Source: Parachlamydiales bacterium
Lineage (GTDB): Bacteria > Chlamydiota > Chlamydiia > Chlamydiales > SM23-39
Assembly (NCBI GenBank): GCA_019694475.1
Contig: JAIBBX010000003.1
Span: 248,497-312,496 of the forward strand
Length of the DNA stretch: 64,000 bases
Reading direction: 5' to 3'
Shown: positions 45,476 to 54,936 of the stretch, one piece after another
Numbering within the stretch: position 1 is the first letter of the stretch
Layout of the letters: every line of letters starts with the position of its first letter
Position numbers and translations under genes: made by a program
Notes under the pieces: model-generated
Told to the model about the DNA's origin: nothing
The model's input: only the letters and a program-made list of their open reading frames with translations
Databases searched by the model: none

Positions 45476-46227
45476 ATGAATCAATTCATCTGTTATATTC
45501 TGATATTTATCAATTCTTCTCTACTTGCTGCATACGGCCAATTTCATTTCAAAGGCATATATCCTCTATGGGAAACTGCGAGTACAGCTGCGGAAAGACT
45601 GGAGATCATGAATTATTTTCTCCCAGAAAATCCTACAGTTTTTGAAGCGGGGGTTTTCGATGGGCATGAGTCAATCCAATTTGCAGCCTTTTGGCCCAAG
45701 GAAGAATCATTTCTTTTGAGCCGAATCCAAGACAGTTCATGAAATATCAGCAAAATGCTGCCGGATTTCCAAATATGCAAGGGTACAATCTCGCTGTAAG
45801 TACGTATAATGGCGTTGCTGAATTCTATCTTTGTTGGGGATCGACCGGTGCAGAACCTGCATTTGAAGGCGCAAGTTCTTTATTGCCTGCTTCAGAAAGC
45901 AGAAAAATAGATTACCAAGGCCCAATCATTCAAATTCCTTGTGTGATTTTTGATGATTGGTGCGATCAAAATCATATCCATTCTGTCGATTTTATGTGGC
46001 TTGATTTAGAGGGTTTTGAGCTGCAATTTCTCAAAAGTTCGCCTCAGATTCTCAAGACGACCAAAGTGATATATACGGAGACCAATTTTTTTGGATTCCG
46101 AATAGGGACTACCCAATATGCCGACTTGAAATCGTTTTTAACGTCGGAAGGATTCGAATTGATCGCCCATTGGTACCATGAAGGATTGCAAGGAGATGCC
46201 ATTTTTGTCCGCCGAGAATTATTGTGA
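45476..46227 (+). pseudogene. FkbM-family methyltransferase interrupted by a frameshift
   Basis: ORFs 45476..45742 and 45691..46227 together give VFEAGVFDGHESIQFAAF / AQGRIISFEPNPRQF...FMWLDLEG. A T4 run at 45689-45692 would restore the frame if it were T5. Confidence 0.7.
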
Positions 46228-46335
46228 TGAGGATATATAGTGTGTAATTGTATATTATTTGGGAATTTATTTTAGGTTTGTATGTTATTTTATCTTTCAA
46301 GCGGCGCTCATAATACTCATCTTGAGTATGTGGTT

Positions 46336-46523
46336 CGGTCTAAGAGACTGTTAACGGATTTTGGTTTCGTCGAGTTTTCGGGATTATTTTGGCCAAATTT
46401 TGACTTTTTTTCGGGGGTCAATATACGGAAGTTGATATTAACCCCCGAAAAAAAGGTCGAAATTTGGCTCAAAAGAACCCGAAAATCGACTGAAACAAAA
46501 TCCGTTAACAGTCTCTAAGATCG
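46336..46523. mobile_element. 188-bp AT-rich imperfect palindrome (MITE-like hairpin element)
   Basis: The left arm cggtctaagagactgttaacggattttgg...tttttttcgggggtcaatat pairs with the right arm ...attaacccccgaaaaaaa...ccgttaacagtctctaagatcg at ~85% complementarity. Confidence 0.6.
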
Positions 46524-46913
46524 ATGGGAATTCCAATGAGCGGGAGATGGCCCGTTTGGCAAACGAACAGGGTTGCATACTCTTTTATCAATCACCCCGA
46601 GATCATGGCTCAATTTTCACTCCTTTCCGGGGAAGAAGCCTTTTGGATAGCGCGCAAGCATGCCGATCTCATCCGTTCTGATTGGAGAGAGATCAATGTC
46701 CAAGTAATGAGAGAGGTTTTGAGGGCAAAAATCTCGCAAAATCCGCATATCGCCGGATGGCTCGAAGCTACCGGCCTCTCTATTATTATTGAGCACACTC
46801 CTGTGAAAGGCAGAGATGCTTTTTGGGCAGATGATCATGATGGTTCTGGAAAAAATATGCTAGGGAAGCTTTGGATGGAAATTCGAGCTGAACTTTGCAA
46901 TTCGCAGAAATGA
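46524..46913 (+). CDS. NADAR (YbiA/DUF1768) domain protein, N-terminally short
   Basis: SDWREINVQVMREVLRAKISQNPHIAGWLEATG..IIEHTP..DAFWADDHDGSGKNMLGKLWMEIR aligns with the C-terminal two thirds of E. coli YbiA. Confidence 0.7.
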   Translation: MGIPMSGRWPVWQTNRVAYSFINHPEIMAQFSLLSGEEAFWIARKHADLIRSDWREINVQVMREVLRAKISQNPHIAGWLEATGLSIIIEHTPVKGRDAFWADDHDGSGKNMLGKLWMEIRAELCNSQK

Positions 46914-46914
46914 G

Positions 46915-47181
46915 TTAAAAATCCATTTTAGCAAACTGGGCTGTCGCGACTTCAACGGCAACGTTGTTGATCGCTTTTCGCATCTGAATTAGTCTCTCTT
47001 TTAAATTGGGAATAATATCCAGATATTTGAATGCAGTTCCTAAGTCTTCCAGTTTAATAATCTGGACCAGCATCTGGTTTTCATAGCTATTTGATTGATA
47101 TTTTGTCGCTCGCGATTCATGTCCATTCGAAACGCAAATAGTCTTTTCTTTAAAGCTTACAATTGCCGAAACCGTTGTCAT
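46915..47181 (-). CDS. Hypothetical protein
   Basis: 88-aa ORF with no recognisable motif. Confidence 0.35.
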   Translation of the reverse strand: MTTVSAIVSFKEKTICVSNGHESRATKYQSNSYENQMLVQIIKLEDLGTAFKYLDIIPNLKERLIQMRKAINNVAVEVATAQFAKMDF

Positions 47182-47253
47182 AAGAAACCCCTGCGTTAAA
47201 AGGCATCAATTATAAAGAATCTATTCATTTTTAACTATATATAATTCCTTTTT

Positions 47254-48120
47254 TTAGCCTTTCATTTCTCCATGACGTATTTTAAATTTGAGCTCTTCGA
47301 TCTCTTGTTGAGCTAGTTCGAACTCGAGTTTTCTTTTCGTTTCCACTTCAACGAATTGCTCTTTGAGCTTTTCCATGTCTTTGACGGTTTTTTGGATTTG
47401 TTTTTCAATTTCTTGAAGAGTCTCTTCAGAAAACTGCTTTGGGCCGGGAGGCTCTCTGTGAAATCCCATGGGCAATTGCTGCGGCGGCTGTGAGGCTTTC
47501 ATCCTCATTTCCATCATCCGGTTCATCTCATCGAGAAGTTTGGCGTTTTCACTCTGAAGGTTTTCCATCTGCTTCTCATAATTCTCATGGATCCGCTCCA
47601 TTTCTTTTTTCGCCTTCATTCTCAAATCCCGCTGATACTCTTCCAATTCGGATAGAATCTTTCGCCGCTCTTCGCGTAAGAGTTCATTTTCCCGGTCTTT
47701 TTCCTTTTTCAGTTCCTCGATTTTCTTTTCGTACTTTTCCTGAACCGCTTGAATGCGCCGCTCGGCTTCCCTTTCATTTTCTTCTTGAAGACGCATCACC
47801 TTTTTTTCAAAATTATCGATCAGCTTATGCAGTTTTTTGATGTTCGTTTCTTCAAGATTTTCAAGAGCTTCCGCTAACGTTTTCTCTTTGACTTCCAATT
47901 CTTTGAGTTTTTCTGCGATGAACCTTTCTTGTTTTTCAAAAAAACCGCGGTTCGACTCGATCATCTTGTCTTGGTATTGAGCCTCAAGGATTTTTAAGTC
48001 TCTTTCGATTTTTTTGGTATTGAGCTGTACGCGATACCACAAAAGAAGGAGGAGTAGGGTGAGGAGGACAAAGGCCCCGAGCGCATAGACCCAATTGCCC
48101 GCTTCATTTAGGATTTCCAT
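47254..48120 (-). CDS. Membrane-anchored E/K-rich coiled-coil protein
   Basis: N-terminal TM segment VYALGAFVLLTLLLLLLWY, then ~250 aa of heptad-like charged repeats. Confidence 0.6.
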   Translation of the reverse strand: MEILNEAGNWVYALGAFVLLTLLLLLLWYRVQLNTKKIERDLKILEAQYQDKMIESNRGFFEKQERFIAEKLKELEVKEKTLAEALENLEETNIKKLHKLIDNFEKKVMRLQEENEREAERRIQAVQEKYEKKIEELKKEKDRENELLREERRKILSELEEYQRDLRMKAKKEMERIHENYEKQMENLQSENAKLLDEMNRMMEMRMKASQPPQQLPMGFHREPPGPKQFSEETLQEIEKQIQKTVKDMEKLKEQFVEVETKRKLEFELAQQEIEELKFKIRHGEMKG

Positions 48121-48164
48121 TCCTTACCATTGCCCGAAACCCTTTTTAAAAATCAAGAATGGGA

Positions 48165-48524
48165 TTAAAAATTCAAAATCGACTTTAATTCGTTTTTGAA
48201 ATTTCTTTGGTCTGCTTCTGAAAGAAAACCTAATTTTTGAAAAATCAGTCTGTGATCTAATGTAAATATTTTGAATCTGATGATTGAAGGTGCAGGGAGC
48301 CCTGCAGTTTTAAGATCGGCAATTTGAATGTCGGACGGCCAAAGATATCTGTCTGGTTTTAAAGAAGTAATCATAGCTAAAATACTAGATCCAGTTTTTG
48401 CGTTGAAATACTTGGCTGTAGAGATCACAACCGCAGGTCTTACTTTCTCCGCATGAATGTCTGTAAAAGGGAAAGGTACTTTAACCACATCATAAAGCTC
48501 AAAGGTTCTTGTAGGCTTGTTCAT
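48165..48524 (-). CDS. mazF: MazF/PemK-family toxin (type II TA)
   Basis: LYDVVKVPFPFTD....KVRPAVVIS......ILAMITS...GLPAPSIIRFKIFTLD pattern. The track start is 48545. Confidence 0.75.
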   Translation of the reverse strand: MNKPTRTFELYDVVKVPFPFTDIHAEKVRPAVVISTAKYFNAKTGSSILAMITSLKPDRYLWPSDIQIADLKTAGLPAPSIIRFKIFTLDHRLIFQKLGFLSEADQRNFKNELKSILNF

Positions 48525-48792
48525 CTTCTTCCGATTCCCATTCATTCATTGTTTGATTTAAACTTTCGAAATACTCCACATCTAATGGATGATTCTTCCT
48601 GATCACGACTGTGTCATCAGGGAGCAATTCGTAGAGAATTTTGTCCCCTTTCTCTAAATGGAGAGCCTTACGAATCTCTTTTGGAATCGTTGCCTGATAT
48701 TTTGATGTGAGCCTAGATGCGTAACGCGATCTGACTTTGGGCGCGCTTTTTAGTTTCTGTTTTCTTTTCTTGATTCGAGACTTTGCGGACAT
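48499..48792 (-). CDS. mazE: AbrB/MazE/SpoVT-family antitoxin
   Basis: SpoVT-AbrB core SKYQATIPKEIRKALHLEKGDKILYELLPDDTVVIRK and an acidic C-terminus. It overlaps the toxin start. Confidence 0.75.
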   Translation of the reverse strand: MSAKSRIKKRKQKLKSAPKVRSRYASRLTSKYQATIPKEIRKALHLEKGDKILYELLPDDTVVIRKNHPLDVEYFESLNQTMNEWESEEDEQAYKNL

Positions 48793-48941
48793 ATGATTTG
48801 CCTCTTTGCTTCGAGTATTATTGTAATACAGTATTACCTATTTGAGAATATTTGTTTTAAGTTGCTGTAAATTATATAGTTGCAGCAATCCAAAAGGGGT
48901 TGGAAATTGCTGCTTGCCCCTATCTCCTTTTTTTTAATAGG

Positions 48942-49349
48942 ATGCAAGTTATGTACGAGCATCTGATTTTCTTCGACGGGGAGTGCCCTTTTTGCCATAG
49001 GGCGGTGCGCAGCATCATCGAAATCGATGTAAATAAACGGTTTATATTTGCGCCTCTCGGCGGAGAAACCGCCAGGGAAATCCTTACGGGGCCGCAAGCT
49101 CCCCTCAAAAAGGCAAATAGTCTTGTTTTGGTAGAAGATTATCAGTCGACCGAACGGAAGTTTTGGATCGAATCGAGGGCCGTGCTCCGGGTTTACTGGC
49201 TAGTTGGCGGCTGGGGATTGATCGGAATTTTTTCATTTTTCCCCGGATTCATCGGCGATCCCATCTATCGATGGTTTGCAGCTCACAGGCATCAGTTTAA
49301 ATTGAGAATTCCTGATGCCCCAGGACCGAAAGAACGATTTTTGCCTTGA
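48942..49349 (+). CDS. DCC-family thiol-disulfide oxidoreductase (DUF393)
   Basis: LIFFDGECPFCHRAVRSI. Candidate starts are 48942 and 48951; the track start is 48900. Confidence 0.75.
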   Translation: MQVMYEHLIFFDGECPFCHRAVRSIIEIDVNKRFIFAPLGGETAREILTGPQAPLKKANSLVLVEDYQSTERKFWIESRAVLRVYWLVGGWGLIGIFSFFPGFIGDPIYRWFAAHRHQFKLRIPDAPGPKERFLP

Positions 49350-49359
49350 GGAGAGAAAA

Positions 49360-50202
49360 ATGTATTTGGGTATCGGTTTAGTTGTTCTCTCGATGTTCTT
49401 TTTCTCCCTCCTTTATGCTTTTTTCAAGGCCTGCACTCCGTTTCTTTCCAATACTCAGATCATCTTTATTCAGAGTGTGTTCAGCTGGCTTTTGCTTTCG
49501 CCCATTTTGGTCCGCAAAGGGCCAAAGTATTTGAAAACGCATCACTTTTGGCGCATTTCTCTAAGAACCGTATTCGGCCTTTTGAGCATGGTTTGCATCA
49601 CCGTTGCATTAAAGACAGCGGCCCTTGCGGAAGTAGTCTTGCTCAACAATACAGCGCCCCTCTTTGTTCCGGTGCTCATTTGGGGGCTATACCGAGAAAA
49701 AATCTCCGCTTATCTGGGTTTGTCTCTTTTAATAGGTTTTGTGGGTGTTTTCATTCTGCTAGGCCCTAGCTTTGGAACGCTTCAGCCAGGAATGATCTAT
49801 GGCGTACTATCCGGGCTTTTATCGGCGTGCCTTCTCATTGTGACCAGGCAAATCGCAGGCGAACATTTTATGAGGATCCTATTCTATTATTATTTGCTTT
49901 GGTGGATTTTAACTGGCCCGTTTGCCGCCTCTACCTGGGAAGCTGTGCCAACAAATGCTTGGATGATGCTTTTTGGAGCGGCAATTGTTTCAATCGCTGC
50001 TCAATTCACATTTACCGCAGCTCTTCGGTATGCCTCTTCGCAGGAAGTGGCCCCTTTCATCTATACGAACGTGATCTTCTCGGCCCTTATTGGCTGGGTT
50101 GTATGGGATGAAGTGATCAGTCCTGTTTCTATGATCGGGATGGGACTTGTGATTCTTGGAGGCATTTCTACTTTAATTCTAGCCAGGAAGAAAAAAGCCT
50201 AA
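49360..50202 (+). CDS. EamA/DMT-family transporter
   Basis: 10 predicted TM segments with two EamA halves. GAGGAGA SD before the ATG at 49360. Confidence 0.75.
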   Translation: MYLGIGLVVLSMFFFSLLYAFFKACTPFLSNTQIIFIQSVFSWLLLSPILVRKGPKYLKTHHFWRISLRTVFGLLSMVCITVALKTAALAEVVLLNNTAPLFVPVLIWGLYREKISAYLGLSLLIGFVGVFILLGPSFGTLQPGMIYGVLSGLLSACLLIVTRQIAGEHFMRILFYYYLLWWILTGPFAASTWEAVPTNAWMMLFGAAIVSIAAQFTFTAALRYASSQEVAPFIYTNVIFSALIGWVVWDEVISPVSMIGMGLVILGGISTLILARKKKA

Positions 50203-51434
50203 TGGATGCTGTTGTTCTTTTTGATGCAATCAGTTCTGCAACGCCTTTGAAAACGGCTGCCTCTCAACTCGGGTTCAAAGTGATTGCCGTTTACACTAGG
50301 CCGCTTAGCATCTATGAAACCGAATTTCACCTAGATGAAAAGGCGCTTAAGCAAGACGCCGATCTAACCCTTTTCTCCGATAACCTTGAATGGATTTATC
50401 AAAAAATCAAAGAATCGCGTTTTACGCTGCGAGGATCGATCCCGGGCCTCGATTCGGGCGTGGAACTGGCCGATCAAATCGCTCTTGCATTCCAATTGCC
50501 CGGAAACCGGATCGATCTTTCTTCTGCTCGAAGAGATAAGGGGAAAATGAGGGCGGTGCAAAAGCAGGAAGGATTTTCCTGCCCTGATTTCGCCGTTTGC
50601 CAAACTGAAAAAGAGATCAAAAACTATGTCCGCACCCATCCATTCCCACTCGTTATTAAAACGCCCAGAGGGGCGGGAACGAGCCATGTCTATGTGTGCG
50701 ATGATTTAGAAAATCTGCTAGAAAAATTTCGGATCATTCAAAAAAGTGAAAATCTCTTCGGAGAAATACCGACCCACGCTGTCGTTGAAGATTTTATCGG
50801 GGGAAATGAATACATCGTCAACACTTTTTCCGACGGAGAAAAAGTGCATGTCACCGATCTTTGGATTTATGAAAAGCTTCAAACAGAAGCTTTTAAGAAC
50901 ATCACGACGAGTGCGATTTTGCTTCCCTTTAGTGGAAACAAAGAGATGCAGGAAATGGGTAAAAGGATTGCTGAAGGATTTGGAATCTCACGCGGGCCGG
51001 CGCATTTGGAAATGAAAAAAGACCCAATCCGAGGTCCTACTCTTATTGAATTGGCTGCAAGGCTTTGCGGGGCAAGATTGCCCTTTTATGTGAAGAAGTA
51101 CAGCAATTTCGATCCCTACCGCGCGACGATTGAAGTATTTACAAAAGGGAGCTATGAAGTGCCGGAGCCGATTGTGTTTTCTAAACAGATCGCTCTAGCC
51201 CTGTGCCCGATTTTTAAAGTGGGGATGATTCAAAAAATCATCGGAATTGAAGAAATTCAAAAGCTCTCTTCTTACGAAACGCATCAGCTGAATGTCAAAA
51301 TAGGGGATTTACTGCAGCCAACGACCTATCTAACCACAACTCCGCTTGTTGTTTTTCTTGCTCACAAAGACAGAGAGCAACTTCTCAAAGACCTCAAGAA
51401 AGTGCACCAAATCTTTCAAATCGATGTTAAATGA
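50202..51434 (+). CDS. ATP-grasp domain protein
   Basis: [27 protein letters not shown], and ELAARLCG blocks typical of the ATP-grasp fold. Confidence 0.65.
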   Translation: MDAVVLFDAISSATPLKTAASQLGFKVIAVYTRPLSIYETEFHLDEKALKQDADLTLFSDNLEWIYQKIKESRFTLRGSIPGLDSGVELADQIALAFQLPGNRIDLSSARRDKGKMRAVQKQEGFSCPDFAVCQTEKEIKNYVRTHPFPLVIKTPRGAGTSHVYVCDDLENLLEKFRIIQKSENLFGEIPTHAVVEDFIGGNEYIVNTFSDGEKVHVTDLWIYEKLQTEAFKNITTSAILLPFSGNKEMQEMGKRIAEGFGISRGPAHLEMKKDPIRGPTLIELAARLCGARLPFYVKKYSNFDPYRATIEVFTKGSYEVPEPIVFSKQIALALCPIFKVGMIQKIIGIEEIQKLSSYETHQLNVKIGDLLQPTTYLTTTPLVVFLAHKDREQLLKDLKKVHQIFQIDVK

Positions 51435-52815
51435 GTTTGGCGCTCAAAGTTGCTACAAGTTCTGAAATGGCAACGCGCGTCTGCTCCATTGAGTCGCGAT
51501 CGCGCAAAGTCACTGTATCGTTTTCGATGGTGTCGAAGTCGATTGTGACGCAGTAGGGCGTACCAAGTTCATCTTGCCGGCGATACCGCTTTCCAATCGC
51601 GCCAGATTCATCGTACTCGCAAGTAAAATGAGCTTGGAGCATGTCGAATACTGCTTGCGCTTTAGGTCCTAGCGGATCCTTTTTCATCAGCGGGAAGACG
51701 CCCACTTTGACAGGCGCAACTCTTGGATGGAGATGGAGAACGGTGCGCATTTCGCCATTTTCAAGCTGCTGCTCATCATACGCGTCGCAAAGAAGCGCTA
51801 AGATCGTTCTCTCTACCCCAAATGTAGGTTCGATCACGTGGGGAACAAACTTTTCTCGTGTTTCGGGATCGGTGTATTCGATTTTCTGCCCCGAAAATTC
51901 TGCATGGCGGGATAGGTCGAAGTCAGTCCGATAGGCAAGACCGTAAAGTTCAGATGTTCCGAATGGGAAATCATAAACGATGTCTACAGTTCGCTTTGAA
52001 TAGTGGGAAAGCTGCTCTTTCGGGTGCTCTTTTTCATGGATCCGAGCCTTATTTAGGCCGATCAGCTTACACCAATCGTGCATGCTCTTGAGCCAATCTT
52101 CAAAAGTTTTTTCCCAAGTCTCGCCGCGGATGAAATATTCGATTTCCATTTGTTCGAATTCGATGACTCGGAAGACAAAGTTTCCTGGCGTAATTTCGTT
52201 GCGGAACGCTTTACCGATTTGGGCAACGCCGAACGGAATGCGTACGCGCATTGTATCAATGATGTTTTTGAAGTCGAGAAAGATCGCCTGGGCAGTTTCG
52301 GGTCTTAAATAAGCGACATCGCCTTCGCTGCCAGTTTTGCTCATGTGGGTCGAAAACATCAGGTTGAAATTACGGGCGTTTGTGAAATCTTGAGCTCCGC
52401 ATTTGGGGCATTTCACCTTTTTGGAATGGACGAGATGCGTCATCTCTTCCAAAGAGAGTCCGTCCGCACTTTGCTTGAGCTCTTCTTCAATCAGGTGGTC
52501 GCAGCGGAATCTGCTTTTACACGCCTTGCAGTCGATCATCGCATCGTTAAAACCTTCCAAGTGTCCGGAGGCTGCCCATGCTTTCGGGTGGAGAAGAATT
52601 GGTCCATCGAGGCCAACCATATCACGCCTTTTTTGAACGAAGGTTTGCCACCAGAGGTCTTTTATATTTTTTTTGAGCTGGGCGCCATATGGGCCGAACG
52701 AGTAGGTATTGGCAAATCCGCCGTAGATCTCCGATCCGGGGTAAATAAATCCTCTGCGTTTGCAAAGGGCTACGATGGGTTTTAGGGAATCTTGGATGTT
52801 TTTAACTTGGGTCAT
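51427..52815 (-). CDS. glyQS: Glycine--tRNA ligase, homodimeric (alpha2) class II type
   Basis: [33 protein letters not shown], and a C-terminal anticodon-binding domain; 462 aa. Confidence 0.9.
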   Translation of the reverse strand: MTQVKNIQDSLKPIVALCKRRGFIYPGSEIYGGFANTYSFGPYGAQLKKNIKDLWWQTFVQKRRDMVGLDGPILLHPKAWAASGHLEGFNDAMIDCKACKSRFRCDHLIEEELKQSADGLSLEEMTHLVHSKKVKCPKCGAQDFTNARNFNLMFSTHMSKTGSEGDVAYLRPETAQAIFLDFKNIIDTMRVRIPFGVAQIGKAFRNEITPGNFVFRVIEFEQMEIEYFIRGETWEKTFEDWLKSMHDWCKLIGLNKARIHEKEHPKEQLSHYSKRTVDIVYDFPFGTSELYGLAYRTDFDLSRHAEFSGQKIEYTDPETREKFVPHVIEPTFGVERTILALLCDAYDEQQLENGEMRTVLHLHPRVAPVKVGVFPLMKKDPLGPKAQAVFDMLQAHFTCEYDESGAIGKRYRRQDELGTPYCVTIDFDTIENDTVTLRDRDSMEQTRVAISELVATLSAKLI

Positions 52816-52850
52816 AATTCTTCATTGTTTTAGGATTTCAAGCATAGCAG

Positions 52851-53513
52851 ATGGAAGACTTTAGCTTAAATCTTTTATGCAGGGGGAAAAACCACCTGCT
52901 GCCCCTCACTCTCGATTCCTTAAAGGCTCAAGGAGGCTCTTTTGAAATCATTCTTTTAGATGGAGAAGGGTCTGAGAAACTCCATGATTTTGAAAAACGG
53001 TATGAAGGACTCAAAATCCGGGTCGAGGTGGGAAAGGGAAAAAACCTGCCTCAATTGATGAATTTGGGGATTTCCCATTCGCATGGCAAGTATGTGCAAT
53101 TTCTTGAACCGGGTGAAACATATCTTTCTCAATGGGGACTTTCGTATTTGACCGACCTCATTGTAGGCGGGCCATCCATCATCACAGCCCGAGGCGTGGA
53201 GGACGAGACCCAGTCCCACTGGTTTTTGAAAAGCAAGTTGATAGAACTTGGCGGGTTCAATGAAAAAGTTCATCATAGGCCGCTATTCGATCTTTTGTGC
53301 CGGCTGCAAAGGCAAGGAGTGGAACCTTTGCATTGCACGCGGGTTTTGATCGATGGAGGAAAAGAGCCTCACGGGCCTTTGCTAGAGACCTGTAATATTC
53401 TTTATCGCCATTTTGGTTTGTCACGGACCCTGAAATGGCTTTTCTTGCATGGCCATTCAAAGAACTTGCATCGCGCGGCCCATTTCTTCAAAAACGCCTT
53501 TTGGCGAGAATAG
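52851..53513 (+). CDS. Glycosyltransferase family 2-like protein
   Basis: FEIILLDGEGSE and NLGISHSHGKYVQFLEPGE (GT-A DxD-region pattern). Confidence 0.55.
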   Translation: MEDFSLNLLCRGKNHLLPLTLDSLKAQGGSFEIILLDGEGSEKLHDFEKRYEGLKIRVEVGKGKNLPQLMNLGISHSHGKYVQFLEPGETYLSQWGLSYLTDLIVGGPSIITARGVEDETQSHWFLKSKLIELGGFNEKVHHRPLFDLLCRLQRQGVEPLHCTRVLIDGGKEPHGPLLETCNILYRHFGLSRTLKWLFLHGHSKNLHRAAHFFKNAFWRE

Positions 53514-53541
53514 ACAAATAGATAAAAGATAGAAGAATAAT

Positions 53542-54056
53542 GACAGTCGGGCATGCTACGCGCCCTTCGGCGCTGCGCCCCCGCTGCCCAGGCCAGGCTT
53601 CATCTCACTTTGAAAAAGCGTGTGCTCGACTCTGGGGTGTGCAAAGCACTACCCCGTCGCCCGAAACGGGCTTTCGCCTGCGCTACGTTTTTTCTTCGTG
53701 ATACGAAGCCAATGTCTGGCGCATCGGCCCCGCCGTTAGCGTGGGCCCCCGCGCGCCAGTGCTGAGGGGAGGCCCCTCGCACCCCAGCGCTGCCGCGCAT
53801 TCGCGAAGCTGGGTGGATGCAAAGGAGGGCCTCCCTCCTTGTGCCTGGAACACGGGGGGACCCCGCCAACGGCGGGGCCGTGGTCCAGCCCTTGGCTTCA
53901 GGTCACAAAGAAAAAGCGTAGCGCAGGCAAGAGCCCGCTTCGGGCGTTGGAGCTGTGCTTTGTACTGCCCCTTGCCGAGCACGCGCTTTTTCAAAGTGAA
54001 ATGAAGCCTGCTGGGCGCGGGGGCGCAGCGCGTACGCGCGTAGCACGCCCGACGTC
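53542..54056. repeat. GC-rich nested-palindromic repeat element, copy E2 (~515 bp)
   Basis: Same termini as E1 (gtcgggcatgctacgcgcc / gcgcgtagcacgcccgacgtc). Inner 33-bp arms 53596-53628 and 53976-54008 are 31/33 complementary. An E1-like core lies at 53757-53785. Confidence 0.8.
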
Positions 54057-54077
54057 ATATCTATTTTATTCCTACCT

Positions 54078-54857
54078 TTAAGGATTCGGATAATAGTTGA
54101 TGCCGTAGACCTGCTCGGTTCCGGCGATAAGATAGTAGGCGTGGGTTAGGTTGTTGATGGAGTTGTAGGTGATGTAAAGGAGCGAGCCGTTGGAAGTGAA
54201 GGATGTGACACCCGTGGTGCTGCAGAGAGAATTGGGCGTTAGGCTCACGCATTGGATGTAGGGAATAATACCGTTTGTTATGGGGGGAGTATTCGTCCCT
54301 GTCAATGAAGTTTGCATTGTGAAGTAGGACTGGGCTTTATATCTAAAATATGTTGCATTGCTCTTGATAATGGAAAATACATTCACGATGTCGGTCGCCC
54401 TTTGAGATAGATTGACTGTGTAGATGGGCAAAATACCCGTTGTCACTACTGTTAAATAGGCGCTCCCTGTCGCAAGCGTATTGTATGCTGAGAAAATCAC
54501 TTCCACTATTTGTTCAACTGGAACGACGTAAAACGTCAGGTTATTATTGCTTCCTCTGATCTGCTGCGAACCAACGATTAGAATGGTTGAGTTGGTTGTT
54601 GCCCAAACATTGCTGCTGACAACGTATCGGATGAGCTGCGGCTGGCCATTTACACCTAACGATCGCGTTTGGATGGCAATCTCTGAGTTGCCGTATTGCC
54701 CAGTTGTGAATGGTGCAGCAGAGAGAGAGGCGATCATATTGACAATGTCTTTGCCTCGGTTGGAAGGATCAATGTAGTAGATGGAGGTGCCGCTCGGAAT
54801 GTTGAGAGACTGTCCATACAAGTTTGCAAGAAATAGGAAAACCAACCAAAAGCGCAT
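54078..54857 (-). CDS. Secreted S/T/N-rich protein with an internal two-domain duplication (unknown family)
   Basis: Signal peptide MRFWLVFLFLANLYGQS (ATG at 54857; the track start is 54935). SIYYIDPSNRGKDIVNMIASL is repeated as PIYTVNLSQRATDIVNVFSII. Confidence 0.6.
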   Translation of the reverse strand: MRFWLVFLFLANLYGQSLNIPSGTSIYYIDPSNRGKDIVNMIASLSAAPFTTGQYGNSEIAIQTRSLGVNGQPQLIRYVVSSNVWATTNSTILIVGSQQIRGSNNNLTFYVVPVEQIVEVIFSAYNTLATGSAYLTVVTTGILPIYTVNLSQRATDIVNVFSIIKSNATYFRYKAQSYFTMQTSLTGTNTPPITNGIIPYIQCVSLTPNSLCSTTGVTSFTSNGSLLYITYNSINNLTHAYYLIAGTEQVYGINYYPNP

Positions 54858-54936
54858 AAAACACCCAAAAAGGAAACACTCTAGCAAAATTTTGAATTGG
54901 GGACAAGATTTGAATAGGTGTATTGACATCAACAAT

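Noticed and set aside
46282-46518. 78-aa ORF reading straight through the 188-bp hairpin element.
   Set aside because: Most of it is the translated palindrome. Only its first ~18 codons are considered, as a possible displaced NADAR N-terminus (see findings).
53542-54056. The GC-rich structured block, considered as a possible rRNA, tmRNA, RNase P RNA or retron ncRNA.
   Set aside because: The near-perfect long palindromic symmetry, the terminal inverted repeats and the three related copies argue for a repeat element. I see no conserved tmRNA or RNase P motifs, and there is no reverse transcriptase nearby. Rfam scanning would settle it.
53553-54081. Five overlapping 70-103-aa ORFs on both strands inside element E2 (53553..53765, 53600..53869, 53683..53994, 53741..54004, 53839..54081).
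   Set aside because: They overlap one another in a palindromic, extremely GC-rich repeat. Their Arg/Ala/Pro/Gly-rich translations are what stop-poor GC-rich DNA produces in any frame. No start context or motif supports them.
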